A stretch of DNA of 64,000 nt from an uncultured Desulfospira sp. (GCA_963663165.1 OY760175.1:4704001-4768000), one strand, 5' to 3'; numbered from the stretch's first letter, positions 30,419 to 40,867 are shown. The notes: generated from the letters alone by a model not told the origin. A program made the numbers and translations.

Positions 30419-30442
30419 TAATGAATGATTATTCATTCATTA
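30419..30442. promoter_or_regulatory. Palindromic TetR/FadR-type operator next to the promoter
   Basis: TAATGAATGATTATTCATTCATTA, downstream of TTGACA (30391) and overlapping the -10 region. Confidence 0.75.
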
Positions 30443-30449
30443 TCGCAGG

Positions 30450-31088
30450 GTGACTGAACCTAAGGTTCGAGCCAGGAAAGGTTATAGGAGATTGCAGAAA
30501 AATAAAACAGAAAAATATCATAAAATCCTGAACAGTGCGGGCAGCGTGTTTGCGGAATTCGGCTTTCACAAGGCAACCATATCCCAGATTGCCAGCAGGG
30601 CCGGCGTGGCCGACGGAACCTTGTATCTGTACTTTAAAAATAAGGATGACATTTTATATCAATTCGTCAGCTTTAAAACAAAAATTGTTTTCCAGAAGAT
30701 GAATGAGGCCGTTAAATCGGGCCGGAATGCAGAGGAAAAGTTGCGGAATCTGATTCGGTGCCATCTTCAGGAATTCCAGAACGACAAGAACATGGCCATT
30801 ATTTTTCAGTCTGAAGTCCGGTATCTGCGGGATATTGAATCCCAGATCAAACATATCTCAAAGATGTATCTGGATTTGTTATCCGATATTATCGAGCTTG
30901 GCCAGATTGAAGGGACCATGCGCCAGGATCTTTTCGTGGGCCTGGTAAAACGGTTTATTCTCGGGGCCGTTGAGGGGGTGATCAACACCTGGGTCACGGC
31001 GGAGGGCCGGTATGACCTGCTGGCCATGGCGGATCCCCTGGTCGATCTTTACATGAACGGGGTTCGGGGCAGAATAAATAACAATTAG
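30450..31088 (+). CDS. TetR/AcrR family regulator (FadR/YsiA-like); start may be TTG at 30492
   Basis: GFHKATISQIASRAGVADGTLYLYFKNKDDIL HTH. Confidence 0.92.
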   Translation: MTEPKVRARKGYRRLQKNKTEKYHKILNSAGSVFAEFGFHKATISQIASRAGVADGTLYLYFKNKDDILYQFVSFKTKIVFQKMNEAVKSGRNAEEKLRNLIRCHLQEFQNDKNMAIIFQSEVRYLRDIESQIKHISKMYLDLLSDIIELGQIEGTMRQDLFVGLVKRFILGAVEGVINTWVTAEGRYDLLAMADPLVDLYMNGVRGRINNN

Positions 31089-31230
31089 TATATAAATCCA
31101 ACAATAATATATGAATTGGGTAAATTCGGTGAATTTGGCTTTTCCCTTGACTGAAACCATCATGTTTATTAAAGCAATTTGAACTCGAGGTTATTAACTC
31201 TTAGGCAAAATCATTTTGGAGGTGTAACGC

Positions 31231-33294
31231 ATGGAAGCAATCATTGGTCCGGCAAGTTTTAAATTGTTCGGTTTTTTCCCAACAATTATTCTGTCTGTAA
31301 TTATTCCCATTATCGGTGTGGGTTATTTTGCCTATATCATGGCAAGACGGATCGCCCCTCTGGTCAGGGCCGCACCGGACAACCGGTTTGATCATCTGGC
31401 CTTGCGCATTAAAAATTTAATTGTGGTCTGGCTGGGTCAGATCCGGCAGCCGCGGTATATGCTGGCCGGTGTGCTGCATATTGTGATCTTTGCCGGCTTT
31501 TTAATTTTGTCCATCCGCTCCACCTCCCTGGTGATCATTGGTATATCCGACGGGTTTGTGCTGCCCGGTTTTGGCGGCGGTCTCGGGGCGGTGTATAACT
31601 TTATTAAGGATTACGCAGCCACCTTTGTTCTGATCGCCTGTATTATCGCCGCCATCCGCCGGGGATACTATAAACCCAAACGGTATGCGGTACCGGCCAA
31701 ATACGGAAAAGATCACACGGCCGAGGCCGTATTTGTTTTAGGGATTATTTCAACCCTGATGCTGTCAGAGAGTCTATTTGAGGCATCTGAAATCGCCTAT
31801 GCCGCCACCATAGATGCCGGGCATACCCACTTTCTGGCCCCGTTGTCTTTGGTATGGATTTTCAGCAAAATACTTAAGATGTTCACCCCTGAATCCCTCC
31901 AGGGGATTCACATCGTCATGTATTATGTCCATGATCTGTCCTTTTTCTTTTTCTTATGCTTTCTGCCCATGGGCAAGCATTTTCATGTTATCACATCGAT
32001 TTTTAACGTCTTTTTCATGCGGGTTAAAAAAGGGAATATCAAGCCGGTCCGCCACGGCGTTAAAGACGAAGACCTGGACAGCCTCGAATCTTTTGGGGTT
32101 AAAACCCTGGAAGACTTTACCTGGAAGCACATGCTGGACTTTTACTCCTGCGCCGACTGCGGCCGGTGTTCAGACCAGTGTCCGGCCAATGCAGTGGGAA
32201 GGCCCCTGTCTCCCCGGTTTATCACCATTAAGGCAAGGGACTTGATCTTTAAAAACTATCCCCTGTCAGGAGAAATTTACAAGAGCAAGCTGCTGGTGGC
32301 GGATATTTATACAGAGGATGAAATCTGGTCCTGTACCACCTGCGGCGCCTGTGAACAGGAATGCCCCTTAGGGATTGAGTACATCGACAAAATCGTGGAC
32401 ATGAGGCGGGGCATGGTGGATGAAGGCATGGTGCCCCAGTCCCTGCAAAAGCCGCTCAAGGCCCTTGAAAAACGCGGCAATCCCTACGGCAAAATGGAAA
32501 AGAAACGAGCCGAGTGGGCAGAGGAAAAGGAGTTTGCGGCAGCCCATACCGTAAAAGACCTGGGTGCAGACAAAGCCGATACCCTTTATTTTGTTGACAG
32601 TATCTCCTCATATGACGATAACATCCAGGATATTGCCAGAAAGACCGCCATTATCCTGGAAAAAGCCGGTGTGGATTTCGGTATTCTGGGCAAGGACGAA
32701 AAGGATGCCGGTAATGAAGTTCTCCGGTTTGGAGAGGAAATGCTGTTCCAGGACCTCAAGGCACAGAATACGGAAGCGATTTTGGAATCCGGGGTTACCA
32801 GTATTGTCACGGCGGACCCCCATGCGTACAATGCCCTGAAAAACGATTACAAGGGGCTTCCCCCGGTCCGCCACATCAGCCAGGTGGTGGCCGAAAAAAT
32901 CACCAAAGGACAACTGAACCTTAAACCCTGTATTGACAGGGATAAGGTCTACGTTTACCATGATCCCTGCTATCTGGGGCGGCACAACGGGGTATATGAA
33001 GACCCGAGAGCCGCTCTTGACGCCATTGAGGGCTTGACCCGGGTGGAACTGGAAAAGAGCCGGGACCGCTCTTTCTGCTGCGGCGGCGGCGGGCTCATGC
33101 TGTTTTATGAACCTGAAGAAGAGACCCGCATGGGGGTTTTGAGGGTGAACATGGCGGCCGAAGCCGGTGCCAATGTCATTGTCACGGCCTGTCCTTTCTG
33201 CCTGGTCAATATCCAGGACGCCATCAAAGTGGCCGGCAAGGAAGGGGAGATGGAGGCAATGGATTTTACGCAACTGATTGCACAACATTTATAA
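31231..33294 (+). CDS. Membrane Fe-S oxidoreductase (FadF / ETF:quinone oxidoreductase-like; TM domain, 2x4Fe-4S, CCG domains)
   Basis: TM His residues, CADCGRCSDQCP, CTTCGACEQECP, HDPCYLGR, CCGGGGG, TACPFC; upstream of etfBA. Confidence 0.9.
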   Translation: MEAIIGPASFKLFGFFPTIILSVIIPIIGVGYFAYIMARRIAPLVRAAPDNRFDHLALRIKNLIVVWLGQIRQPRYMLAGVLHIVIFAGFLILSIRSTSLVIIGISDGFVLPGFGGGLGAVYNFIKDYAATFVLIACIIAAIRRGYYKPKRYAVPAKYGKDHTAEAVFVLGIISTLMLSESLFEASEIAYAATIDAGHTHFLAPLSLVWIFSKILKMFTPESLQGIHIVMYYVHDLSFFFFLCFLPMGKHFHVITSIFNVFFMRVKKGNIKPVRHGVKDEDLDSLESFGVKTLEDFTWKHMLDFYSCADCGRCSDQCPANAVGRPLSPRFITIKARDLIFKNYPLSGEIYKSKLLVADIYTEDEIWSCTTCGACEQECPLGIEYIDKIVDMRRGMVDEGMVPQSLQKPLKALEKRGNPYGKMEKKRAEWAEEKEFAAAHTVKDLGADKADTLYFVDSISSYDDNIQDIARKTAIILEKAGVDFGILGKDEKDAGNEVLRFGEEMLFQDLKAQNTEAILESGVTSIVTADPHAYNALKNDYKGLPPVRHISQVVAEKITKGQLNLKPCIDRDKVYVYHDPCYLGRHNGVYEDPRAALDAIEGLTRVELEKSRDRSFCCGGGGLMLFYEPEEETRMGVLRVNMAAEAGANVIVTACPFCLVNIQDAIKVAGKEGEMEAMDFTQLIAQHL

Positions 33295-33354
33295 TATGTT
33301 AAGACGGAACAGTTTAATTTTCTTAACTGAGCCGTAAAATCAAAGGAGGCAATA

Positions 33355-34143
33355 ATGGAAATTTTGGTATGCGTCAAACGGGTTCCGGATACTGCTGAAA
33401 ACGAATTTGAGCTGAATTCGGCCGGCAACGACCTGGACCGGGATGACCTGGTTTACTCGGTTAATGAATGGGACAACTACGCAGTTGAAGAAGCCATCCA
33501 GATGGTGGATGACAAGGGCGGAAATGTTACCGTGGTCACCGTGGGCGATGATGAATCCGAAGAAGTCCTTCGCCGGGAAATGGCCATGGGCGCCAACAAC
33601 GGCGTGCTTCTCACGGATGATGCATTTGAAGGCTCTGACGGCAAAGGCATTGCCGCCATTCTCAAAGCAGAGATTGAAAAGGGATCTTATGACCTGATCA
33701 TGACCGGTGCCCAGGCCGATGAAGGGGCCGGACAGGTGGGCGGTATGCTGGCTGCCATGCTGGATCTTCCCTATGCGTCCCTGGTGAACAAGATTGAGGT
33801 TGTGGATGACAAGACCATTAAGGTCGGCCGTGAAATTGAAGGCGGAAATCAGGAAATGAATGAAATGAGCCTGCCGGCAGTTCTGTCCATCCAGACCGGT
33901 ATCAATGAGCCCCGTTATGTGGGGATCCGCGGTATCCGGAAAGTGGCCCAGGTTGAAATTCCGGAAAAATCAGCCGGTGATCTTGGCATTGATGCGGGCA
34001 GCGTAGGGGCCGCCGGCGCCAAAACCAAACGGGTGGATTACTTTGTACCGGATCTCGGGGAAGGGGCCGAAATGCTGGAAGGCTCCACAGAAGAGATCAT
34101 TGAAAAGCTCATTGAAAAGCTCAAAGCCAAAGGAGGACTCTAA
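33355..34143 (+). CDS. etfB: Electron transfer flavoprotein beta subunit
   Basis: VCVKRVPD, NEWDNYAVEEA, GAQADEGAGQVG, NEPRY. Confidence 0.95.
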   Translation: MEILVCVKRVPDTAENEFELNSAGNDLDRDDLVYSVNEWDNYAVEEAIQMVDDKGGNVTVVTVGDDESEEVLRREMAMGANNGVLLTDDAFEGSDGKGIAAILKAEIEKGSYDLIMTGAQADEGAGQVGGMLAAMLDLPYASLVNKIEVVDDKTIKVGREIEGGNQEMNEMSLPAVLSIQTGINEPRYVGIRGIRKVAQVEIPEKSAGDLGIDAGSVGAAGAKTKRVDYFVPDLGEGAEMLEGSTEEIIEKLIEKLKAKGGL

Positions 34144-34145
34144 TC

Positions 34146-35111
34146 ATGACACAGATCTATGCATATATTCCTTTTAAAAACGGGGTTGCAGAGGATGTGG
34201 CCCTGGAGTTCCCCACGGCGGCAAAGAAAATAGATGACGGCGCTGCCATCACGGCCGTGGTGACCGGTTCCGGCGGTGATCTGGACAAGGTGGCCCAGGA
34301 ACTGACCAAAACTTATGCCAATGTGATTAAAATCGACAATGCCGAACTGGCATATCCCAATGGTGAAATCGTCCGCAAAGCCCTGCTTAATGTCCTTGAG
34401 GCCGATTCTATCGTTCTGGTTGCCCATGATACCCTGGGCATGGACATGGCCCCCGGCCTGTCCGTTAAAATGGATTCCGCCTATGCCGCGGACATCGTTG
34501 ATTTTGAAGGCATGGACGGTTCTGTTATTAAAGCCGTCCGCCAGGAACTCGGCGGTGCCGTCTCCACCCATGTGACGGTGGATGCGTCTGCCGGTGCCGT
34601 CATGACCATCCGTCCGGGCGCTTTTGCACCGGTTGATGGTGCTGCCGGCGGGTCCGTCACGGATAAATCCGCAGATGCCGGGGACCTTTCCGCTAACCGG
34701 AAGTTCCTTGAGATTGTAGAAGCCGAAGTGGGTGATGTGGATATCACCAAATCCGACGTCCTGGTCTCCATTGGCCGCGGTATTGAAGATGAAGACAATA
34801 TTGAACTTGCCCAGGAACTGGCCGATGCCATGAGCGCGGTGGTCTCCTGCTCAAGACCCATCGTGGACGCCAAATGGCTTGAAAAATCCCGTCAGGTCGG
34901 CACCTCCGGCCAGACGGTTAAACCCAAAGTTTACATGGCCATGGGCATTTCCGGTTCTTTCCAGCACATGGGCGGCATCAAGGGAAATCCCTTTATCGTT
35001 GCCGTAAACAAGAACCCCAAAGCCCCGATTTTTCAGGTGGCTGATGTGGGCATCGAAGCCGACATCCTTGAGTTCATGCCTGAACTGACCGAAGCCATCG
35101 GCGACCTTTAA
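34146..35111 (+). CDS. etfA: Electron transfer flavoprotein alpha subunit
   Basis: SIGRGI, SRPIVD, QVGTSGQTVKP, GISGSFQHMGG, NKNPKAPIF. Confidence 0.95.
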   Translation: MTQIYAYIPFKNGVAEDVALEFPTAAKKIDDGAAITAVVTGSGGDLDKVAQELTKTYANVIKIDNAELAYPNGEIVRKALLNVLEADSIVLVAHDTLGMDMAPGLSVKMDSAYAADIVDFEGMDGSVIKAVRQELGGAVSTHVTVDASAGAVMTIRPGAFAPVDGAAGGSVTDKSADAGDLSANRKFLEIVEAEVGDVDITKSDVLVSIGRGIEDEDNIELAQELADAMSAVVSCSRPIVDAKWLEKSRQVGTSGQTVKPKVYMAMGISGSFQHMGGIKGNPFIVAVNKNPKAPIFQVADVGIEADILEFMPELTEAIGDL

Positions 35112-35137
35112 GCCGCAGCTTTTTGACCAGCCCATAC

Positions 35138-35173
35138 AAAGGGCCCTGGGGTTTCCCCCAGGGCCCTTTTTTT
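35138..35173 (+). terminator. Rho-independent terminator
   Basis: AAAGGGCCCTGGGG...CCCCAGGGCCCTTTTTTT. Confidence 0.85.
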
Positions 35174-35212
35174 AATGCAAAAGCGAATATGGGGCACTGC
35201 TGAACAGTTACC

Positions 35213-35686
35213 TCATTTGTTTAAAAGGCAATCGGCAATTACAGCACAAAGGATAATGACCACCTGAATGCTGCAAATATGTGCATGGGTTGTGAACAGA
35301 CGGATACAGCCGTTTAAACAGGCATTAAGAGGACTGTCTGACTTTTTGGGGCACGTTTCGTCCGTTGGCCTTTGCTCTGTTTCACCCAAGCCGTTATCAA
35401 TGCTGCTGGTTTGCCCTAAAAACCAGTTTAGCAAAGTGATATCAAATTCAACCCTGATGGCGTACACCATTTCAAGGATGCCGGACAGGACAATGACTGA
35501 AAGGCAGCAAAGCCTGTATAAATTCAGAGACGACGAGGAAAAAACAAGGCCCAATAGAACGACCGCCGCTCCAAAGGTCAGGGCCATGGAAAAAAAATGG
35601 GGTTTTTTGAACTGTTTAATAAAGGCGATACAAGAGATGACCGCTTCCCTGTCATTTTCTGTAAAAGCTTGACTGGTGTGTTTCAT
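35213..35686 (-). CDS. Hypothetical membrane protein
   Basis: 157-aa ORF with about 3 hydrophobic segments; no family recognised. Confidence 0.5.
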   Translation of the reverse strand: MKHTSQAFTENDREAVISCIAFIKQFKKPHFFSMALTFGAAVVLLGLVFSSSSLNLYRLCCLSVIVLSGILEMVYAIRVEFDITLLNWFLGQTSSIDNGLGETEQRPTDETCPKKSDSPLNACLNGCIRLFTTHAHICSIQVVIILCAVIADCLLNK

Positions 35687-36156
35687 TGTGAAAGCCTTAA
35701 TATCTTGAAATTGTTAAATATTTTACTTTCAAAGCGCCGGCATGATTCGGGTTGCCTGCCGCGACACTTTGCCAACCCTCCCTGCCGGCTGATTACTGAA
35801 CCTATGGGCGAAGAAATGCCTGAAATTTAGGTGTGATCCTGCAAAGGATCACAGAAGTCCCTTTTCGTAATTTTAAAGACGAAAATGATAATTGGTGTGT
35901 TGATTTAAGTTTCTGATACTCTATCACGATTTTGGCTGAAAGCACAAACCCTTTTGTTTCGGGTTGCCCGGGGCAGGAATCGGGGGACATATAGGGAAAA
36001 TAAGTTAAATCTCCAATCAACCTGAACGGCGATCGGAATGCGAAACCCCTAAGGCTGCGCGATCTGGTCTCCCGGCTCCTTTTCTCCGGTTTCCGTTTTT
36101 GCATATCGAACAGACGGCAGGTGACATGCCCCTGCCCAAATCCCAGACGGTAACGA

Positions 36157-37464
36157 TTAACCCTCCTGGTTTTCAAGGTTGTTCACCAGTTCGTCAAAAC
36201 TATCCTGGATCTGATCGGCTTCTTTCCTGACGGCGGCTTCTATTTCACTGAGGGAAACGTCCGGATTAAGGGAAGCCGTCATGGGGCTTGGGGGCATCAC
36301 CACAAAATCTCCGGCTGTCTTTGCCACTTCAGGCCGCTTGCTGGCGCGCCAGAGGGAAAACGCAGAAATGGACGCCAGCATGGCCGCAATGCTGCCATAA
36401 AATGCATTCTGCCCGAAAATGTCCATGGCTGCTGCGGTTAACGGAGAGCCGATGGCTGCCCCCAGAGAGCTTAAAAGAACCAGGGTCCCGCTGGCCGCCA
36501 CCATTTGGGTGGGATTGAGATAGTCGTTAATGTAAACGCCGCAAAGGGCATATAAGGGCAGGGAAAATCCCCCGACGCATGCAACGGTAAAAAAGAAAAC
36601 AGTCTCATCACCCGACAGCCGAATGGCAAATATGGAGATGCAGGTCCCTAAAATACAGCTTAAAACAATCACTTTTCTTCGGCCGATGGTATCGGACAGC
36701 CAGCCAAGGGGATACTGAAACAAAAACCCGCCGAAAATGATGACGGCCATGAAAATCGAAATTTCTTTGACCGACATGCCGGCATCGGCGGCAAAGACCG
36801 GTCCCATGGCATAAATGGCGCCGATGGCCATGCCGCTGACCGTCATCCCCATAACGCCAAGGGGGGACACCGTATATAACTGGGTGATGCTGACCTTTTC
36901 CATAATTTCAAACGGCGGGGGCATGGATACGGAAATCAAGATGGGAATGACGGCAAGGCTGATCATCAGCGACACCAGCAGGAACAATTCAAAACTGGAC
37001 GGGGCGGACAGGTTCAGCATGATCTGGCCGCCGGCCATGCCGCTAAAGGAAATCAGCATATAAAGGCTGAACAGTTTGCCCCGGGTCTGGTTGGTTGCCG
37101 ATTCGTTCAGCCAGCTTTCGACCACGATATAAAGGCCGGCGTAGGAAAAACCGGTGATCAGTCTCATAATCCACCAGGTGAGCGGGTCTATAAATATGGC
37201 CTGCAACAAAATAGAGGTCGAGGCAAGGGACGCCAGTGCCCCGAAAATCCGGATATGTCCCACCCGTTTAATGAGCTGTGGGGTGATATGGCAGCCAAAA
37301 ATTAGGCCCACGAAATATCCGGCCATCACCACCCCTGTAATGGTCGTGCCAAAATTTTCCATGGAGGCCCGGACCCCTAAAAGGGAAGTTTGCAGGCCAT
37401 TGCCCAGCATGATTAATCCCATGCCGAGCAACAGCGCCCAGCTGTTGGAAATTATTTGAATCAT
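36157..37464 (-). CDS. MFS transporter (YcaD-like)
   Basis: LGNGLQ..LLGVR, VVESWLNE, QYPLGWLSD.IGRR; about 12 TM segments. Confidence 0.9.
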   Translation of the reverse strand: MIQIISNSWALLLGMGLIMLGNGLQTSLLGVRASMENFGTTITGVVMAGYFVGLIFGCHITPQLIKRVGHIRIFGALASLASTSILLQAIFIDPLTWWIMRLITGFSYAGLYIVVESWLNESATNQTRGKLFSLYMLISFSGMAGGQIMLNLSAPSSFELFLLVSLMISLAVIPILISVSMPPPFEIMEKVSITQLYTVSPLGVMGMTVSGMAIGAIYAMGPVFAADAGMSVKEISIFMAVIIFGGFLFQYPLGWLSDTIGRRKVIVLSCILGTCISIFAIRLSGDETVFFFTVACVGGFSLPLYALCGVYINDYLNPTQMVAASGTLVLLSSLGAAIGSPLTAAAMDIFGQNAFYGSIAAMLASISAFSLWRASKRPEVAKTAGDFVVMPPSPMTASLNPDVSLSEIEAAVRKEADQIQDSFDELVNNLENQEG

Positions 37465-37481
37465 GTTTATTTCGGTCCCGA

Positions 37482-38087
37482 TTAATCGGATTTCAAAAGC
37501 AGGAGGCTTTCTCTAAGGTTTATGGGCCCAAGGCAGAAGCGGTTGCTCAACGTCTGTTCAAACCATTCCCGTTTTATTTTTAAGTTGGGTGTCCTGCCAT
37601 CCGGGCTTTCTAAAACAACAGCATTTTTTTTCATCCCCCGGATACGGGTTCTTCTATAGGAATCAAAACAATAAACCCAGTTGTCATCTGCCTGGATCAC
37701 CATGATATAGTGTTCCTCGCCTTTGGTTAACAGTATATTGCACAAAGCAACCCCGCCCTGGTCAAGGCAGGTTTGAATGGGGCCGTCAGGATTGAGGTTG
37801 ACCTTTTCTTCTTTAAGAAAATTGGTCTGCACGGAAAAGGATTTTATTTTATAGGAGTTCAGCCAGTTGCCGACCAGTTGGATGGCATACCGGCTGGTGC
37901 CGCCGATGCCGAACCTGGCATTCCGGCCCACTGTATCCAGGCAGTAAAGGAAAATATGCCGGATAACCATGGGCGGAATTTCTTTGCGGTGAAACAGGTA
38001 TGAGATCCCGTTAATTAGAGCGGTTGGAACGCAGTCATATTCTGAGACCTGGTAGTGGAGCGGTGAGTACATAATATCCTTTTTCAA
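37482..38087 (-). CDS. Papain-fold / peptidase C39-like protein
   Basis: QVSEYDCVPTAL (Q-x5-C nucleophile motif), EHYIMV, VYCFDS give a Cys/His/Asp arrangement; no signal peptide or ABC domain. Confidence 0.65.
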   Translation of the reverse strand: MKKDIMYSPLHYQVSEYDCVPTALINGISYLFHRKEIPPMVIRHIFLYCLDTVGRNARFGIGGTSRYAIQLVGNWLNSYKIKSFSVQTNFLKEEKVNLNPDGPIQTCLDQGGVALCNILLTKGEEHYIMVIQADDNWVYCFDSYRRTRIRGMKKNAVVLESPDGRTPNLKIKREWFEQTLSNRFCLGPINLRESLLLLKSD

Positions 38088-38190
38088 AACAGGCCGGTTT
38101 TTATGTTTCCCGGCATTTCAATAGGGATGATTTTAGACAAAAACATGGTATTAATAAAGGAATATTACCGTTTTTTGCATGGGAGGAAAA

Positions 38191-39435
38191 ATGAAGCCAA
38201 AAAGAACAGTGATCAGGGCCGAACAGCTCTATACCGGAAAGAAATTGTTAACGGATCAAACCATTGTCATTGAAGAAGACCGCATTGTTGAGGTGACGGG
38301 CCGGTCCTGCAAAGCCGCTTATTCAGGGGTTGTCACCCCCGCATTCATTGATGCCCATTCCCACATCGGAATGGAGCGGCAGGGGGAGCCGGCCGCTGAA
38401 TCCGAGACGGATGATAGGCAAACCACCTTTGCGCCGCTGCATAATCCCGTGAACAGCATCTATTTTGATGACCGGGCCTTTGAGGAAGCCGTTGATTTCG
38501 GGGTTCTTTATTCCTGTGTCGTGCCAGGCAGCGGCAATATCTTAGGGGGCCAGGCCATGCTGATCAAAAATTTCAGCCAGACCTGTAAAGATGCGGTGAT
38601 CGGCCATTATGGGTATAAAATGGCACTGGGATTTAACCCCCGGTCGGATTCCAGGCGCAAAGGGCAGCAGCACAATACCCGCATGGGGAATGCCGCCTTT
38701 CTTGAAAAACAGTTTGAAGAGGTGACCCGGCAGGAGGCCAAGGCCCGGGTTAAACGGGACCGGTCGCTTTGGGACCTTGATAAGGGCCCGGGCAGTGCAA
38801 AACAGTCAACCCAGGAGAGGCTCAAAAAGAAATCCTGGATCAAGACAGAGTATGAACATGCGCTTTCGTCGGAGCAATGGGCCGTGTTCGGGATGCTGAA
38901 CGGTCAAAAGCCCATAAAGGTTCATGTCCATAAAGAAGATGATGCCCTGTTCCTCGTTGACCTTAAAAAAAGATTCGGCCTGGCGGTGACGGCAGAGCAT
39001 ACCTGCGGGGTTCGCAGCACCGAGGTGTTCAATGAGCTGGCCGACAACGGTATTCCCATTGTTTACGGCCCTCTGGCCTCCCTGGATTACAAAGTGGAAT
39101 TGAAAACCGCATCTTATAAAAACGTGGGCAGCCTTCTGGCTTCCCGGGCTCAGTTCGGATTGATGACGGATCATCCGGTCATTCTGGCCCATCATTTAAG
39201 GGATTCTTTGAAATATTTTCTCATCGCCGGCATGGCGCCGGAAACCGCTGTCGGGCTTGTCACCCATGAAAATGCAAAAATTCTTGGCCTGGACGACCGG
39301 ATCGGGGAAATCAAGCCCGGGATGCTGGCAAGCCTGGTGGTCTGGAACAAAGACCTGTTCCACCTGTCTGCGTTTCCAAGCCTTGTGGTGGCCGAAGGAA
39401 AAATTGTCCGGGGAGGGCCGGAAGCTATCGTTTAA
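38191..39435 (+). CDS. Metal-dependent amidohydrolase
   Basis: PAFIDAHSHIG, KMALGFNP, KVHVH, AEH, TDHPV, GEIKPG..ASLVVW; ATG 38191 follows GGAGG. Confidence 0.9.
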   Translation: MKPKRTVIRAEQLYTGKKLLTDQTIVIEEDRIVEVTGRSCKAAYSGVVTPAFIDAHSHIGMERQGEPAAESETDDRQTTFAPLHNPVNSIYFDDRAFEEAVDFGVLYSCVVPGSGNILGGQAMLIKNFSQTCKDAVIGHYGYKMALGFNPRSDSRRKGQQHNTRMGNAAFLEKQFEEVTRQEAKARVKRDRSLWDLDKGPGSAKQSTQERLKKKSWIKTEYEHALSSEQWAVFGMLNGQKPIKVHVHKEDDALFLVDLKKRFGLAVTAEHTCGVRSTEVFNELADNGIPIVYGPLASLDYKVELKTASYKNVGSLLASRAQFGLMTDHPVILAHHLRDSLKYFLIAGMAPETAVGLVTHENAKILGLDDRIGEIKPGMLASLVVWNKDLFHLSAFPSLVVAEGKIVRGGPEAIV

Positions 39436-39460
39436 ACCAGGTTTTATCAAGCCCCAACTT
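39425..39460. repeat. 36-bp direct repeat, left copy (duplicate of the regulator's 3' end)
   Basis: CTATCGTTTAAACCAGGTTTTATCAAGCCCCAACTT, 32/36 identical to 43126..43161. Confidence 0.85.
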
Positions 39461-39472
39461 CTATATTCAGGT

Positions 39473-39506
39473 AAAAAAAGGGGCAGCCATTTTGGGCTGC
39501 CCCTTT
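39473..39506. terminator. Terminator between convergent genes
   Basis: A7-GGGGCAGCC...GGCTGCCCC-TTT. Confidence 0.75.
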
Positions 39507-39568
39507 GAGGGTTTAAATTAAAACATCAGCAGCCGGGCTGCGTAACAGCCACGGCTTTACCGGGCCGC

Positions 39569-40867
39569 TTACATAAAACCGACCAGGAACAGTGAGATCT
39601 GTGGAAAAGCGATCAACAGAATCACCCCAACCACCATGGCGATCCAGAAGGGGGTGACCCCTTTGAAGATCGTCACCAGGGGCACATCCTTAGCCACTCC
39701 GGCGACCACATAGACGTTGATGCCCACAGGCGGCGTGACCATACCGATGTTCAGAAGCGTAACCAGTACTACGCCGAACCAGATGCCGTCAAATCCCAGA
39801 TCAATGATCAGCGGGTAGAGGATGGGCACTGTCAGCACCATCAAAGAGATGCCTTCAATAAAGCATCCCAGAAAAACCAGCGCCGCAGCAATGATACCGA
39901 CAATGACGTAAGGCGATACATCAAGGGCGGCAATATAAGCGGAGAGTTGATACGGGATGGTGGAGATCGCCAGAAACCGGCCAAAGACAATGGCTCCGAT
40001 AAGGATGACGAACAGCATGGCCGTTGTACTGGCGGCTTCTTTCAGGGAACCGACCATGGCATCACGGCTGAACCGCTTGGATGCCACTGAGACGATCAGG
40101 GAGATAAACGCCCCCACTGCCGCCGCCTCTGTCGGTGTGAAAAACCCCAGGTAGATTCCGCCCATTACCAGCACAAAGATGACAATGACGGCCCAGATGG
40201 ACTTTAACGATGAGATCTTTTTCTTGAATGATGCCTTTGGCTGAACCGGTGCTGCATTTGGGTTGATCTTGACCCATACCAGGATCGCCAGCGAAAAGAG
40301 GATGGCCAGGAGAAGGCCTGGGAGAATGCCGGCAATGAGCAGTTTACCGATGGATTCTTCAGTGAGCAGGCCGTAGAGAACCAGGACCGAGCTGGGGGGG
40401 ATCAGGATGCCCAGGGTCCCCCCGGCAGCCACGCAGCCGGTGGCCAGGGCGTCACTGTATTTATGGCGTTTCATTTCCGGCAGCACAACAGATCCGAGAC
40501 TTGCGGCGGTTGCCGTGGCGGAACCGGAAACGGCCGACCACATGGCGATGGCCGCGATGGTGGCCATGGCCATGCCCCCTTTTACGTGTCTTACCCAGGT
40601 ATTGGCCACTTCAAAAATATCCTTGCCCAGGCCGCCATAGGATAGAAATAATCCCATCATGATGAACAAGGGGATCACACACAACCCGTATGAGGCGGCC
40701 GTGGCATAGGGAACCATTCCCAGGAGGGTCAGTCCGGCTGACGTGTCAGACAGAATCACAAATCCCACAAAGCCGACGATCAGCATCGACATGCCGACCT
40801 GCATGCCCATTGCAAACAGGCCCAGCAATGCAAAAATTCCAAGAATACCTACTAGTTCAGGGCTCAT
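39569..40867 (-). CDS. dctM: TRAP transporter large permease
   Basis: SGSATAT, GGTLGILIPPS, FTPTEAAAVG, TPPVGIN. Confidence 0.95.
   Translation of the reverse strand: MSPELVGILGIFALLGLFAMGMQVGMSMLIVGFVGFVILSDTSAGLTLLGMVPYATAASYGLCVIPLFIMMGLFLSYGGLGKDIFEVANTWVRHVKGGMAMATIAAIAMWSAVSGSATATAASLGSVVLPEMKRHKYSDALATGCVAAGGTLGILIPPSSVLVLYGLLTEESIGKLLIAGILPGLLLAILFSLAILVWVKINPNAAPVQPKASFKKKISSLKSIWAVIVIFVLVMGGIYLGFFTPTEAAAVGAFISLIVSVASKRFSRDAMVGSLKEAASTTAMLFVILIGAIVFGRFLAISTIPYQLSAYIAALDVSPYVIVGIIAAALVFLGCFIEGISLMVLTVPILYPLIIDLGFDGIWFGVVLVTLLNIGMVTPPVGINVYVVAGVAKDVPLVTIFKGVTPFWIAMVVGVILLIAFPQISLFLVGFM

Noticed and set aside
35700..36176. 124-aa ORF or a riboswitch in the region after the MFS gene
   Set aside because: No RBS or family motif for the ORF; cobalamin, c-di-GMP and c-di-AMP riboswitch cores could not be matched by eye. 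An Rfam scan would settle it.
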